From contig CM119372.1 of assembly GCA_051294905.1 (NCBI GenBank), positions 25,360,001 to 25,424,000 on the forward strand: 64,000 bases of DNA. The letters run 5' to 3'. This DNA comes from Botryllus schlosseri. Lineage: Eukaryota. Below, one piece after another: positions 1 through 12,375 of the stretch. The position numbers and the translations under genes were made by a program. How positions within the stretch are numbered: the first letter of the stretch is position 1; the number at the start of each line of letters is the position of its first letter. The notes below the pieces were generated by a model, which was given only the letters and a program-made list of their open reading frames with translations, did not search any database and was not told the origin of the DNA.

Positions 1-774
1 GGTGAAACTTCAAAATTAACCCTAAATTTATTCACGACAAATGGATGCAACTCCAATATAATATTGTTCACTTCATTCAATACCGCTGTTTGGCAGTACA
101 TATTCATGCACGATTCTGGTGAAGTTAACATAAGGCCAAGATCGCAAAGTCCTGGTAAAGACCACTAACTTGATCGTGATTTTTCGGTATTCTTTGAAAG
201 GAATCAGATGCTGTTTACCAGACCATATTACACCGCTATAGTATCACTTAACTGCAATGTCAGAATTTAACGACCTTTGTTCAAAAGTCTTCTGCGGCTT
301 TCACATGTAACTATTCCCAAACGAGTCGTATAGGCTAATTTCAAACAGATTCGTACAACGCTTGCACAATTGTCAGATACGCCCAAAGTAGACTATGAAT
401 GAAATCTCTATTAGCCTACGTCACAATGGAGAAATATATGTTTCAAACTTCACACTAAATTTATAATTTGAAGTTTTATTCCTCTAATTAATGGACAAGC
501 GTCCATCTTCCCGAATTTTGGAATTTAGGTTTAAATTCTAATTCATGTTGCGGACCGGCAGGGGACTTGCCGCAGACCGGCAGTTGAGAACCACTGGTCT
601 AGAGCACTGATTCCGTGTCGTGTTCAGCTATCACTGTAAACATTTGACGGGCTCATTGTGATACAAATCACGAGCTACGGCACTATATAAGAATTCGGTA
701 TCGATGAAAAGTGGGATATATTCGGATTCTGTCCAATTCGATTGAAACTATCCATGGATTCAGAATTGCATTTT

Positions 775-1650
775 TCAATCACTGACACTCATTTCAACTG
801 CAAATTGCTTTCTGGCTGATTGGGTAGAGGATGACGCAGCTTGAGTCCTATTAATAGATGAGCTAACAATCTTTGGATTCAATTGTAGCTTATGAAAAAT
901 CTCATATTTCTTCGAAAGATGCTTGTCAACGGAATGCGAGTCTGTGACATTAGCAAGTGGGATTGAGCTATTTTGTCCAAGGGAACCTTCTTTTTCAGTG
1001 TACTCTCTTAGCAGATGATCCGTTCCACATTCGTGAAAGAGCCGCGTGTCATGAACTCTTGCCAACAAGCCATCCACTCTGAGATAGTATCGCATTAGCA
1101 GAAAAAAACATGATGGCATCACACGTATCTTCACACTCAGTTCTGCACATCCGTGATCTGCAAGTTCATCTTCGAATAATATGGCTTGTTCAAAATACGC
1201 TATCTTTTCTCGAACTTTCAACTTCTCTAGGTTAATACGCTCTTCAGTTTGTGTCACCGAGACAGCATTAGGTTCACCGTGAACAGTGCCTTTGTAGTTA
1301 GTCGAATAAGTCCAGTCAAATGGTTTGACAGTTTGATGGATGTATTCATTGTTCTTTCGACTCTCCATCCATTCCCTCGCTACTGCGACTTTCATCAAGT
1401 CGTTTTTATTGTCGACAAGTTTCAACGCGTCCAAGGCATTGAATTCTATCCTGAAACCATTTGAATTCGATATTCCTATATGATTTTCTCCAAAGGTCAT
1501 TTCTGGGATTTGTGGTATATCAAGACGCTTACAAATTTCTTCGGACTCAACAGAAGTAAGAATAGACCCTTTTGAAGCCGATATACACCAGGGGCCAAAC
1601 TTAAAGTCTTCCTTATGCTGCCCGATCGGGGTTCCGACTCTAGCGGCCAT
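775..1650 (-). CDS. TIPRL: TIP41-like protein (TOR signalling pathway regulator), single coding exon, 291 aa
   Basis: TIP41 motifs PEMTFGEN, PFDWTYSTNYKG, LFEDELADHG, KIRVMPSCFFLLMRYYLRVDG. The ORF-track start at 1683 is GTG with an in-frame TAG shortly upstream, so ATG at 1650 is the likely start. Splice acceptor (tttatttcag) at ~1711; candidate donor gtaagt at ~2017 (5' UTR intron). Confidence 0.95.
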   Translation of the reverse strand: MAARVGTPIGQHKEDFKFGPWCISASKGSILTSVESEEICKRLDIPQIPEMTFGENHIGISNSNGFRIEFNALDALKLVDNKNDLMKVAVAREWMESRKNNEYIHQTVKPFDWTYSTNYKGTVHGEPNAVSVTQTEERINLEKLKVREKIAYFEQAILFEDELADHGCAELSVKIRVMPSCFFLLMRYYLRVDGLLARVHDTRLFHECGTDHLLREYTEKEGSLGQNSSIPLANVTDSHSVDKHLSKKYEIFHKLQLNPKIVSSSINRTQAASSSTQSARKQFAVEMSVSD

Positions 1651-1835
1651 TTTGGATGAAATATTATCCACCGCTAAGGACACTGCTATAGAACTCTATA
1701 TTAGCTGAACCTGAAATAAAATCATAATTTCATTTCCAAGAATTCTTCTCCGAGGTGGTATCTTTGATTACATCAGCGAGGATGAAATTGGTTGGTGAAT
1801 GCATTCAAGGTATTTGATAGTACAACGATGAGCAC

Positions 1836-2010
1836 TAGGGCTGTTCAAAAATAACTTATTTTTCTGGATTCCAGTCGATCAGTTATCAAATTGTCAGGTC
1901 GCCTTAAAAAACGCTGCACACCAAATTTGGTTCAATGCTAACAAGCATAGGGCTCCACAGATCCAATTAAATTTTTTAATTCAAACAGGAAAATTTTTAA
2001 AAAAATTTCT
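1836..2010. mobile_element. Half copy (one arm) of the TAGGGCTGTTCAAAAATAAC foldback MITE family
   Basis: Matches the left arm of the complete copies at 42352-42620 and 52532-53100; no second arm seen. Confidence 0.75.
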
Positions 2011-4649
2011 GACTTACGGTACCGGTACTGCTGGTGTCTTTCAAGGACGACAGTTGATATAAGCTATGATCATGACACTCGATGTTATTCATTATTTATT
2101 AGTTTATTTAGTCATGATATTCTTGGAATAAAACAACAAATAGCTGGCAATGATAATGTTCAGAAGTGGTGCACGAGAGGGGGATGAAGTTACTACTTCA
2201 AGTCGTTTCGGCATCTTCCGATCTTTTCATTTTATCGCAGTTTTGTGCTGTTTTGAAATGAACAGCTTCTTTGAGGTACAGAACTTCAATATACAATTGA
2301 ATAGTATATTCATATTAAAATGAACCCGAATATTTTCGGCTGACACTTGTCACGGGTAATCGTCAGCAACTAGTAGAGAATTCGAAAGAACAGCGTATAT
2401 CAACAATCGTAACAATCGTGTTTTGAAATGACGAAAATATTAATAAAACTGATACTGAAGTAGCATCCTCAAATAATTTCTAATTCTTCGCAAATTGATT
2501 TTTTGAGCCTTGTTATAGTTTTCAAACAATATTCTACAATTTTCTCTCACAATTTTGAAATTACAATACGTTACAAGAAACCACTAGCCTATGCAGTAGC
2601 CTATACAAGAGAGGTATCGTATATATAACAGTAACTGGAGTATGGCAGAAATTTTTGAAAATAACAATCAATGATATGACAAATAGTTTCAACAAAACCA
2701 AGCACTAAGGATCCCGTGATTTTGATGTCCCCTTGTAATCAGATCTTTACTGGGATTAGTAGTGCCTACATCAAGCCATCTCTGGCTTGGGAGACCTTCT
2801 CAAAGACAGACAGTTCGTTCTACCTCTATCGATCGTTTCCAAAAGGCAATATATGATATCGACTTGGCGCTACGACACTACCCCGAATCGCAACCTTGAA
2901 GCTGTAACACTCTGTAACACCTCCAGTCGGTATAGTTTCGTAACACTAGAAAGCCATGTTCACACTGAAGCAAATTTGCGATATATTTTTTACCGAAAGA
3001 GAGCTAATTGTGAATGAAAGTATTTCGAAAACCGCCTTCAGTATGAACAAAATCGTTTTCATAAATATTTTGGTAAATTATAGGCAAAGTGAACAGTGTT
3101 AGTTAGGGTAACTGTTTCGGAATTGGTTCGGAAACTCCAGTGTAAAGACACCCCAAGTCGAACGATAAGGTTATCGAGTAGGCCTAAGCCAGGCCAGAGT
3201 GGAATCGGTGGCAACTGCACGCGCAACGTCACATGAGCATTTATATCTGATCACGCCGATTAATGAATTATGCTGAGGTCACAAAGCGATACCAGAGTCC
3301 AGAATAAGGCGCTTGTGCTTTACAATGAACGCAAGCAAGCGTGGCATTTGCGCAACAGCGAATATATCCTGTTTGGAATCGGTGTCCTGTGCTCACACTA
3401 TATTTTATTTTTTAATTATTTTTTATTAAATTACTTCAACTTGGAAAATCATCGCTGCTCACCTGATATATCAGGAAAAAAGGCCAGTGATTCCAATCAG
3501 GGAATATATGGCGTAACCCTAGTCCGGCATATACAAGGTCTATTTTAGCACATTGTGTCATTTAATAAGTACCGTAATTCAGTATTGAATCAGCACGAAA
3601 AATGTTTCCGTCACGCGGATGAAATTTTCCAATTACGCAAGAAATCCGTCTGTCACGCACAACATGTTGTCGAAAACTATACCAACGATTCCAGTCTGAG
3701 GCCTAAGGAGCATAAGCACGAGTGCACGACTACCGGTCGCCGGTCGGTAGGTAGTGATTACCCCCATCCCACTCCACGCAGACAGACATAACAAGCGCCT
3801 AGCAATGATGGAAGCCGGGACACCAGTTATATAAGTAGGCGGAGGCTATTGGTCTGAACCGACCGGGTGTCCAACCTATATCAACAGGGGTTAAACCCGC
3901 TCAGAGGCCAAACGCCAGACGCCAAACGCCGCGCGGCGGCCGAATGTCTATGCGGCGTTTGGCGTCTGGTTTTCTGAGACGCCGAGTAGCTATACGGCGT
4001 TTGGCGTCTGTTATGTTCAGACGCCGAGTAGCTATACGGCGTTTGGTGTCTGTTCAGACGCCGACTAGCTATACGGCGTTCGGCATCTGGTATGTTGAGA
4101 ATAGGGTTTGATTTGAAGGTTGAGGCTTGAACAGGAGTTTTCTGCAGCTAAATCTAAGCAAAGCATGTCATATCATTGGCCAGTGGGCAAGTGATTTGAT
4201 GGTTGTTTCGTGTGTACCTGTACACTGACTGTACCGTATACGCGCTACTAAGTGACGACATGGCGTGTGCTTCGGTGCCCGGTCCACACTGAAGATCTGG
4301 CTGCTTGAGAACATACACGTTTCGTATTAGACAGATCGTCAGTCACGTTACTACAGATACTGCATGATTTGTTGCTGGGAACTTAACTACCGCAAGAAGA
4401 CTACAGTATGTGACGTGTAGTATCAAGATATTTTATTGTTTTCTAGTAGGCCTATATATAGTTAGTTAGTGATTGATTCTAGACTAGACTGAAACAGCTG
4501 CAAAATCCTTCGTATCTCCACTTCACGTATGCTGTGGTAAATCAACAGTTCGCGTCACTGAGATTGTATTCAAGACACACCTAAAATTTCGTTTCCATAT
4601 TACTCCGTAAAATTCTACACAAATATACTCCAAATGATCTTCGGTTGTG

Positions 4650-6537
4650 AGAAGTTCAAGGTTAAAGACCAGGATTGATGTTCAAAAAGATGGATGAAAT
4701 TGTGGAGTACTTGCTTTGAAGGTTTGTGATGCGTTCACGTATTGAGATTTGAGAAAATTGATTTGCAATCTACTTTCATGTAATAGGCCGTCGAACTCTA
4801 CCCGATGCAAACCTGGATTTTGATCATTCTCGACGAGCTTGCGAAAGCTACCGCCAGCAGTTTGGTCAAATCTTACATGATGCGACGGGTATGTTAGTCA
4901 ATGTTGGATTAAAACCACTTCAAATACGTAGTATGTTTTGCATGCAGATGAATAAGAATTGGGAGATTATTGCATTGAATGCAGTGGTCCAAACCCAATA
5001 AAAAAAAACATGAAATGGGTAGGGGAGATGTGGTACCGATGAGACAGTGGGACCGAAAATACTTGAAAAATTATCTGAGATAATCCTATGATTACGGTAC
5101 GCGAATTTGTCTACAAATGCATGCTGGCAGAATCTTTCACACTAACAAACCAGCCGTTATTTTTAATGTGAAGTGTAGGGCTTGTATCAGGGTATATAAT
5201 GCCACATCTTTTTTAATTCAATATCATCCTCGAGTTGACTATTTTCAATTCAATTACCATATTTATAGGGTGGGGGTCTATGGTACCATAACCAAATCAA
5301 GCAAAATGTTTGAACTCAACTAATCACTTAACAACAGAAACACGCCTACACATATAGAGGCTGCAAATCATAGTTTTCTGTGGTGCTTTATCGCTATAAC
5401 GAGGTAATTGAAAGTCAAAATGTCGATTTACGGGTAATATGTATGTGCCAATAATTTTGTTGTTTTGGGCGTAAATCGAAACGTGATTTTACTCCAACAT
5501 TTGAGTTGATATAATCAAACAATCTATTTTATTCTCGAAGGTGGTCCCAGGTCCCATGGTTGTGTCACTTGTGTGTCTTAGGACCTACCGAGTGGGGACC
5601 AATGATGCGTTCGAGCAACAAATTTTGAACGTTCATGAATATTTTTTGGAAAAGTGGATATTCATGTAAATGTCCAAGATACGTAGAGCTTGGATCAAAG
5701 TGTTGAGCCAGCAAAAGATATATTCTAGGCTGAAGATTTGAGGGCCAGAGATCATTTTGCAATTTTTGATCCATCGCAGGGTTGTAACTAAGTCACAAGG
5801 CTGCGAGTCACAAGTCAATCTCACTTTTATAGTTTTGACTCGAGTCAAGTCGAGTCATTTTCAATTTATCGCCGAGTCAAGTCCGAGTCCAAGTCATCGA
5901 GCAGAGGTTCGAGTCCGAGTCATGGTGTTATGACTCGAGTCTGAGTCAAAAGTCATTGTGTTGACTGCTCACTTTCCAGTTAAGGTCATGTTAAACCCAC
6001 TTTTATAACTCTATTTGATGATATCGAATGGTTTGCATTTATATTATACTAATTTTCCTCACATTTAACCGTTTCTGGTCGCATTTTCAAGTACCAGTAC
6101 TAATAGACAAAATCCCAATAAGGTGGTTACTTTACTGTTCTTCGAAATTACAATGAAATGTCGGTCTTTGCCGTCTGAGTCTCGAGTCATATGACTTGGT
6201 TCGAGTCATGAGCAATGACTCGAGTCCAAGTCGAGTCAATACGCAGATTGACTCGAGTCGAGTCAATACGCAGATTGACTCGAGTCGAGTCATTTCCGTA
6301 TTTTAAGAAAATGACTCGAGTCAAGTCGAGTCATCAAAAAATCGTGACTCGAGTCGAGTCATTACAACCACATCTTTCCTATGCAAACTTACGAGATTAC
6401 ATTTGTTAGGTATATTGATTCTAACTTGTTTCCAGGATGCCTGTGACGGCTGTGGTCGATGGACGCACAAGCACTGTTGCCCGGGACAGCAGATACCTGA
6501 TCCTGATTTTTATTGCATGCTATGTACCCAGATGTAA
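4650..6537 (+). pseudogene. Decayed 3' exons of a transposon gene: Ulp1/C48 SUMO-protease C-terminus plus PHD finger (copy 1)
   Basis: Exons ending 4721 (RIDVQKDG*NCGVLALK), 4787-4888, 4948-5018 (YCIECSGP...KW) and 6436-6537 (DACDGCGRWTHKHCC...FYCMLCTQM*), with GT/AG borders. C4HC3 PHD pattern is complete across the last two exons. Stops and frameshifts present. Confidence 0.75.
5022..6379. mobile_element. TA-flanked TIR element (Tc1/mariner-type) inserted at the splice donor of the PHD exon; contains a GACTCGAGTC-rich element from 5777
   Basis: Ends ggggagatgtggt / accacatctttcc with TA on both sides. The empty site tgggtatg matches the homologous donor at 58087. Confidence 0.65.
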
Positions 6538-6549
6538 ATTCTGATGTTG

Positions 6550-6860
6550 ATATATTTATTAGGGACATTTTACTGTGGTTTCGTTGCGTATTTACTAATG
6601 ACTTTTACTGTGGTTTCGTTGCTTGTTTCATAATGATTTTTACGGTGGTTTCATTGCTTATATCTCGGTCACTTTTAGTATGGTTCCACTGCTGATTTCT
6701 CAATGATGTTTGCTGTGGTTCCATTGCTTATTTTTCTGTGACTTCTACTGTGGTTCCACTGCTGATTTCTTTGTGACTTTTACTGTGGTTTTGTTGCTTG
6801 TTTCTTGATAATTTTTACTGTGGTATTCGTTGCATATTTCTTATTGTGGTTTCATTACAT
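6550..6860. repeat. ~35-bp degenerate minisatellite (acttttactgtggtttcgttgc...)
   Basis: About 9 tandem units visible just after the PHD stop codon, inside transposon copy 1. Confidence 0.8.
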
Positions 6861-8319
6861 ACTGTATCTACAGACTTGGGTCTGAAATTCATTGCGAGTG
6901 TACAAATAAAAGGTTGGGTTCAAGTCACTACCTTCGAGTCACGAGTCATTGCACATTTTGACTCACTCGAGTCAAGTCAAGTCATTTTAGCAAAGTGACT
7001 TGAGTCCAGTCAAGTCATACGAAAAAGGTGACTTGAGTCAAGTCATGACTCGAGTCATCCCAACACTGATATGGGGTGGTGACAGGGTTGTAACCAAGTC
7101 AATTTGACTCGAGTCATTTTCAATTCACCACCGAGTCAATTCCGAGAGCACTGAGTTGAGTCCAAGTCATGGTGTTTAATGCTTCCCCATCCAGTTCAGC
7201 TTCCGGTCACTTCTGTGGAACTCTCGGGGGTGATATCGAAGGCCTCGGATAATTCATATGTTCAATTTTCCCACTCTGAACATGTTTATTGTAACAGATA
7301 AAAGGCAGGTTTAGGGCCTATTTTTCATTTATCAGTCCTGATATACAATTCTTGAATAAGCCATAGAATGAGTAAATCCATTTTTAAGAAAATAACTCAG
7401 GTCAGCAAAACAATTGTGAGTCGAGTAAGTAGTATAACGACAGGAGGTGATCAAGTAGGTCTTTTTTGAATCTGAGCATACAATCATTTGGGATTCTGCC
7501 AACGCTTATTATGAAAAAAATGTAACAATATGCAATCTTCGGTATCATATAGTTGCGAGAACTCAATAGTCGCGCCATGAAAGGATTTAGCCTCTGCTCA
7601 GTTTACCGAGACACCAAACGCCGTATAGCTATTAGCTACTCGGCGTCTCATCATACCAGACGCCGTATAGCTACTCGGCGTCTGAACATAGCAGACGCCA
7701 AACGCCGTATAGCTACTCGGCGTTTCACCATATCAGACGCCAAACGCCGTATAGCTACTCGGCGTCTGAACATAACAGACGCCAAACGCCGTATAGATAC
7801 TCGGCGTCTCACTATAGTCTCTATAGTCTCACCATATCAGACGCCAAACGCCGTATAGCTACTTGGCGTCTCGGAAAACCAGACGCCAAACGCCATATAG
7901 ACATTCGGCCGCCGCTCGGCGTTTGGCGTCTGGCGTTTGGCCTCTGAGCGGGTTTAACCCCTACTCACCTATATGGTATATGACCTACTGATCGTGCAGA
8001 CGACGGTGCTCTATAGCTATACCAGTGACGCAGTGAGCTATCTTCTTGCATCTGGTTTGTTCTTCCGATAAACCAATACGAAAACACTGCGACTGGATAA
8101 ATTTTGATGACAACCTGAGCTGACAAACGCTGATAAAACGAACATGAAAATGAAACAGTGGTCTCGGACGGGCAATAAACCCGCAAATCTCTTAGCACAA
8201 TACACATACGCAGCTAACTGTGACCGCCATGCTACAATGAATTTGATTTAAAATTTTCCAAAACTTTAAAACTACACTAGATTCCAATATATCATTGACT
8301 ACTACCCGTTGGGTTATCA

Positions 8320-9053
8320 TAGGGTTACCATATTTTGCGATCCGAAAAAGAGGATACTTTTCAGAAATTATGAAAGCTCTAGTACCGGTTAAGAAAACGG
8401 GTGAATTGGAAATTTTTTTCAGCAATACCTCTGTGTTGACTAAAAGAATGGCCATCACTACGTCTCGACTCCCGAAAAAACCGCTTTTTACGATACTTTT
8501 GTGGTGTTCACTAAAAAATGGTCATCATTTTGATCGACTCCAGCATTACCCACTTTTCTACAATCCTGCTTAAGAATTATGCCTGGAAGTCGACTTTTAT
8601 TATTAATAATAATCGTTGGGTTATATTTTTCATCTGAACAAGTCACACACAATGTACAATGCGATAAGACACAATGCGATGTAATGAACAGATAGGAGGA
8701 TGTCGAACGACACGCATGCAGTTGCGATCCTTTTAATCTAACATCCACCACGTCCTAGAGTGCCCGATGTCGCAGTTCTTTTCGACGTTGATCTTGTTGA
8801 AGTCGCGGCCCTTTCTGCTAGTTCTTTCCGTTCCTTGTCAGTGCTTTCTTTCGTCGGGTCTCTCTTTTGTCGCCGTAAGAACGGCAACGGCGGGAAAGAG
8901 GAGCCCAGATAAATCGGGGGCCGAGTCAAAGTGATGATCTTTTATTTTTAGTCAACACAGTACTATCAGTTGAAAATCTTTCGATATCACCGGTTCTCTT
9001 GATGGTGCTTTCACAATTTGTAAAAAGTGTCCTATTTCAATATGGTAACTCTA
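8320..9053. mobile_element. hAT-type MITE with TAGGGTTACCATA termini, containing a headless SINE body (~8610-8910)
   Basis: TIR tagggttaccata / tatggtaactcta; no clear TSD. Internal segment is similar to the SINE at 33520-33870. Confidence 0.6.
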
Positions 9054-9694
9054 ACTAATAGAATAGTATTTATTTAGCGGACCTACAGGAAAATTTCCAC
9101 GGAGTGGCGATTGAGAACCACAGAGACTATATAACACCATGCCATGTCATCGAATGATAATCGCAGGCCTTTTAATTTTCGTCTGGTCCAAGGCACACAA
9201 TTTACAACCACTACAACAGTACAACTTCCAGGGATTTCATGCGAGATACCATGGATTATGCGATATCAACGAAACATCAATTTCGAAATTACATTCCAAT
9301 TCACATTCAAATTCACATACAAATCGAAATACCATAGCAATTACTACTGAATGAATACTAGTCAACCCTCAAGATTACCGGACCACAATCTGACATATCG
9401 ATCTCACCTACCGACACATGCAACATTCATTTTTGTCGCTTCCTTTTATGTTATCCTTACTCTAAGCCAGTGTGCAAGCCTCTTATTTGCATGCTGTAGG
9501 TCAAGGTGGGAGTCTGAGTATAAAGAGAATACTCGAAGTCGTTTCGGCATCTTTCATTATATCGCAATCTTGTGGTGTGTTGATTTGATAAAAATTTTAA
9601 TAGCCTAAATGATGATGATGACGACGAAGGCTAACCGGCAATCGCATACAGATACTAAAATACACTAATGATGGGATATAGGTCGAGTCATGGC

Positions 9695-10003
9695 CTGTGG
9701 TTCTCAAACCTTTTTAGGCACGCCCCTCTTTTTGATGGGGACAACTTTCGTCCCCCCTTATCGTCATATCAGAAAATGCTACCAGAATGCTGGCACCTGG
9801 CAATTCCAACGGACAGTTTGATGGCATGGAAGGTTTTGGCTGTTGATGAGAGAATACTCAACTATGAAATTCAGACTACATATAGCAAGACCCTGAATTG
9901 AAGGATATCTCGCGGAGCGCGAATTTTTTTCAGTTGACCGCGACTTCACCCCTCCATGCAAATGCTCTCAGTTTGCCCTCCCCTCACAGTTTGAGAACCA
10001 CTG
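9695..10003. mobile_element. hAT (Charlie-like) MITE
   Basis: Ends ctgtggttctcaaac / gtttgagaaccactg; TSD not resolved. Confidence 0.6.
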
Positions 10004-10589
10004 TGGTAAATGATTCATAAACTTGGCCACCTCGAGGTCAAAATGCCTATCCCACCCGTGGGGTAAGACGCCCATTGCCCCTTACACCCAAAACGCCGTT
10101 AAAGTCAAGTAAATATATGGATTGAGTAGCCTTTTATGGGTTCATCAATATTGTACTTTTGGAAGAACGCTATTTCTTTCAAAATTGCGATTCAGTTGAC
10201 GAATACAGGCTAAACATAATACTTCTGCTTCCGACTTTTATTTTTTACTTATCATAGTCACATTAATCAGTTACTGGTATTTTTGCATTAAATTTATTTT
10301 CAATCGATGCGCTTACGCCATGGTGAGAAGCAAGTAAAGGGTTGTATTGGAATTAGAAATTAATCGGTTGCTGAGTAGCAAGCGGTATTCAGTATAGGGT
10401 ATACCGGGGTAAAAAGCCAATCGGGGCGTTTTCCCCCACCCATGTATCAAAACGTCAAATTGATGGACATATGAATGATAATTTTACATATGATGATTGA
10501 TACTTGGACTTACCAGATGATCGTGGTATAGAGGGGAGACGATTCTCGCGCGCCAAATCCGGAATTCAATCCGTTTCGACTAGTTTAGT

Positions 10590-11401
10590 CGAAATGCACA
10601 TTATAACTAGCGACAACTCAGGTCATATTATGTCACGATACTGAAGTACATGCTTTTAAACTTTTTAAACGTCACCTAATGTATCACCTGGAACAATCAA
10701 ATGCTACAATAATTCCACAAACTCAATATCTTCCGTCGCTTTGCCAATAAATTCGACGAGTACTCGGCTAGACCGGGCTGATATATACTTGGGAGTGAAA
10801 CACCGGATTCTTTGCTTGCGGATATTATCTCAAACAAGTTATACAGTAGCCAACACCCCGATCGGTCACATTTGGTTTTTATGATACAATTAGGATATCA
10901 AATCAGGATAGTTCCATTACGCCTGATAGATTTTTAGATTAGACTTCGATGTATATTTATATCAATTTAGTTGATGTAAATAAAAAATTGGTTCACTAAG
11001 CACAATTCGTTGACTTGCCTACATGTAGTGTGTTTCGTTCTTGCTGTTGTGTGATTGCGGACAAAGCTCGCAGCAGACTGAGCAGAGAGTCACTAAAGAT
11101 TCACTAACGGAAAGCTTCATATTCGGAATAAACTTTCGAGCAAATAATTTTTGAAATCGGCAAAGTGCATGCTCTATAGTGCTGAATTGCTTTCATGCTG
11201 CCAGCACCATGCGAAGTGTGGTCGGATGTTGCAATGCAAATAATTTCAGCCAACGACGTTATAATGACGTGAAGAATTGTAATGCTTGAAAAAGGTCCAC
11301 AGTACAGAACCTACCAAGGCTCGTTTGTGAACGCGAACCTCCAAATTTCAGATGTTCACACACAGAACACGAACGTGAACCTCACGTTCAGACCATCTCT
11401 A
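10590..11401 (+). mobile_element. Truncated copy of the TAGGGATGGTGTGAAC hAT-type element family
   Basis: Colinear similarity to 42795-43630, including gaacgtgaacc subterminal repeats and the right end. Confidence 0.75.
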
Positions 11402-12375
11402 ATTGCAACCTTGTGGCATACGGCAGGGATGTCACACATTCGGCCAAACATACGGCCAAAAGGTTCAATGGCATTGTCCAGACTGCGGAAAATTATTAGA
11501 GTTTACCATATGAATGTAGCTTTGCACAAATGCTACACGAAAGTCAGAATAAATAGGCGTACGATATATATTGACATGTGTTGTATTTTACAACTTATCC
11601 GGCTCTATTTTAGAGCATTCTATGCAGACATGGGGTGATTACTTCATGGATGTAATCGATTGCGATTACGATTACTTCTGAATGACGCGATTACGATTAC
11701 GATTACGATTACAGCAAAATCAGGAAGTAGTCGATTACAATTACGATTACATTGGAAAAGTAATCACGGTTACTCACGATTACATTTATTTTGCATCTTA
11801 AAAGTTATATCGGAAGACAATATATGGATTGCGCTGAAAAGGCCTAATGAGATAACAAACTTCCTTTAAAAAAGATGCGTCATTGGCTTGTTACGTCATC
11901 ATGTACTGATTGCCCATTTTTATAGAAGTCGATTTATCGCACCCAACGAATTGCATTCTTGCCAGGTCCATAACCGCCGCCAAAATTTCCCAATAGGGTG
12001 GGGAGCGAGATCGAAGGGGACTCAAAGATATTTCGTAAACCAACATAAATTATACAGTCTTTTCGAGAGATTTAATTAACTTCAAAATTCTGTCTGGATA
12101 GCTTGATTTAGAAATGCATACGTCTCCTCCTAAAAAAGCATACATAATTTATAGTAGGGTTGCATTTAAAACAAATGGTTGTTTAAAACACTTTGTTTGA
12201 AACATGTTTTATACGGTGCTTTAAAAACAAAGGCTTAAAAAAACTAAATTGTGTTTTTAAAGTTGTAACATTATACCATAATCGTGTAAACACTTTCCAA
12301 AAAACATTTTGTATGAGCCTACGGACAATTACCACCCGATTTGGCCGACGTACATCGATATGGGTCGGTTGGAAC

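Larger units (their letters stand above)
3882..7966. mobile_element. Zisupton-like non-autonomous DNA transposon, copy 1
   Basis: 8-bp TSD acctatat (3874-3881 and 7967-7974). Termini CAACA-GGGGTTAAACCCGC ... GCGGGTTTAACCCC-TACTC (outer 5 bp not inverted). Subterminal arrays of ~35-38-bp agacgccaaacgccgtatagctactcggcg units in inverted orientation. Internal Ulp1/PHD exon relics. Confidence 0.8.

Noticed and set aside
1651..1683. ORF-track N-terminal extension of TIPRL
   Set aside because: Begins at GTG; the first ATG after the in-frame stop is at 1650.
1700..1730. Spliced-leader trans-splice acceptor for TIPRL (and 48060 for the protocadherin)
   Set aside because: Plausible cis donors exist upstream (~2017 and ~49909), so trans-splicing cannot be claimed from sequence alone.
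7610..7900. CRISPR-like array of ~29-bp repeats with short variable gaps (also 3960-4095 and 55570-55810)
   Set aside because: Gaps are ~9 bp and recur, the arrays are mirrored at the two ends of one TSD-flanked transposon, there are no cas genes, and the context is eukaryotic.
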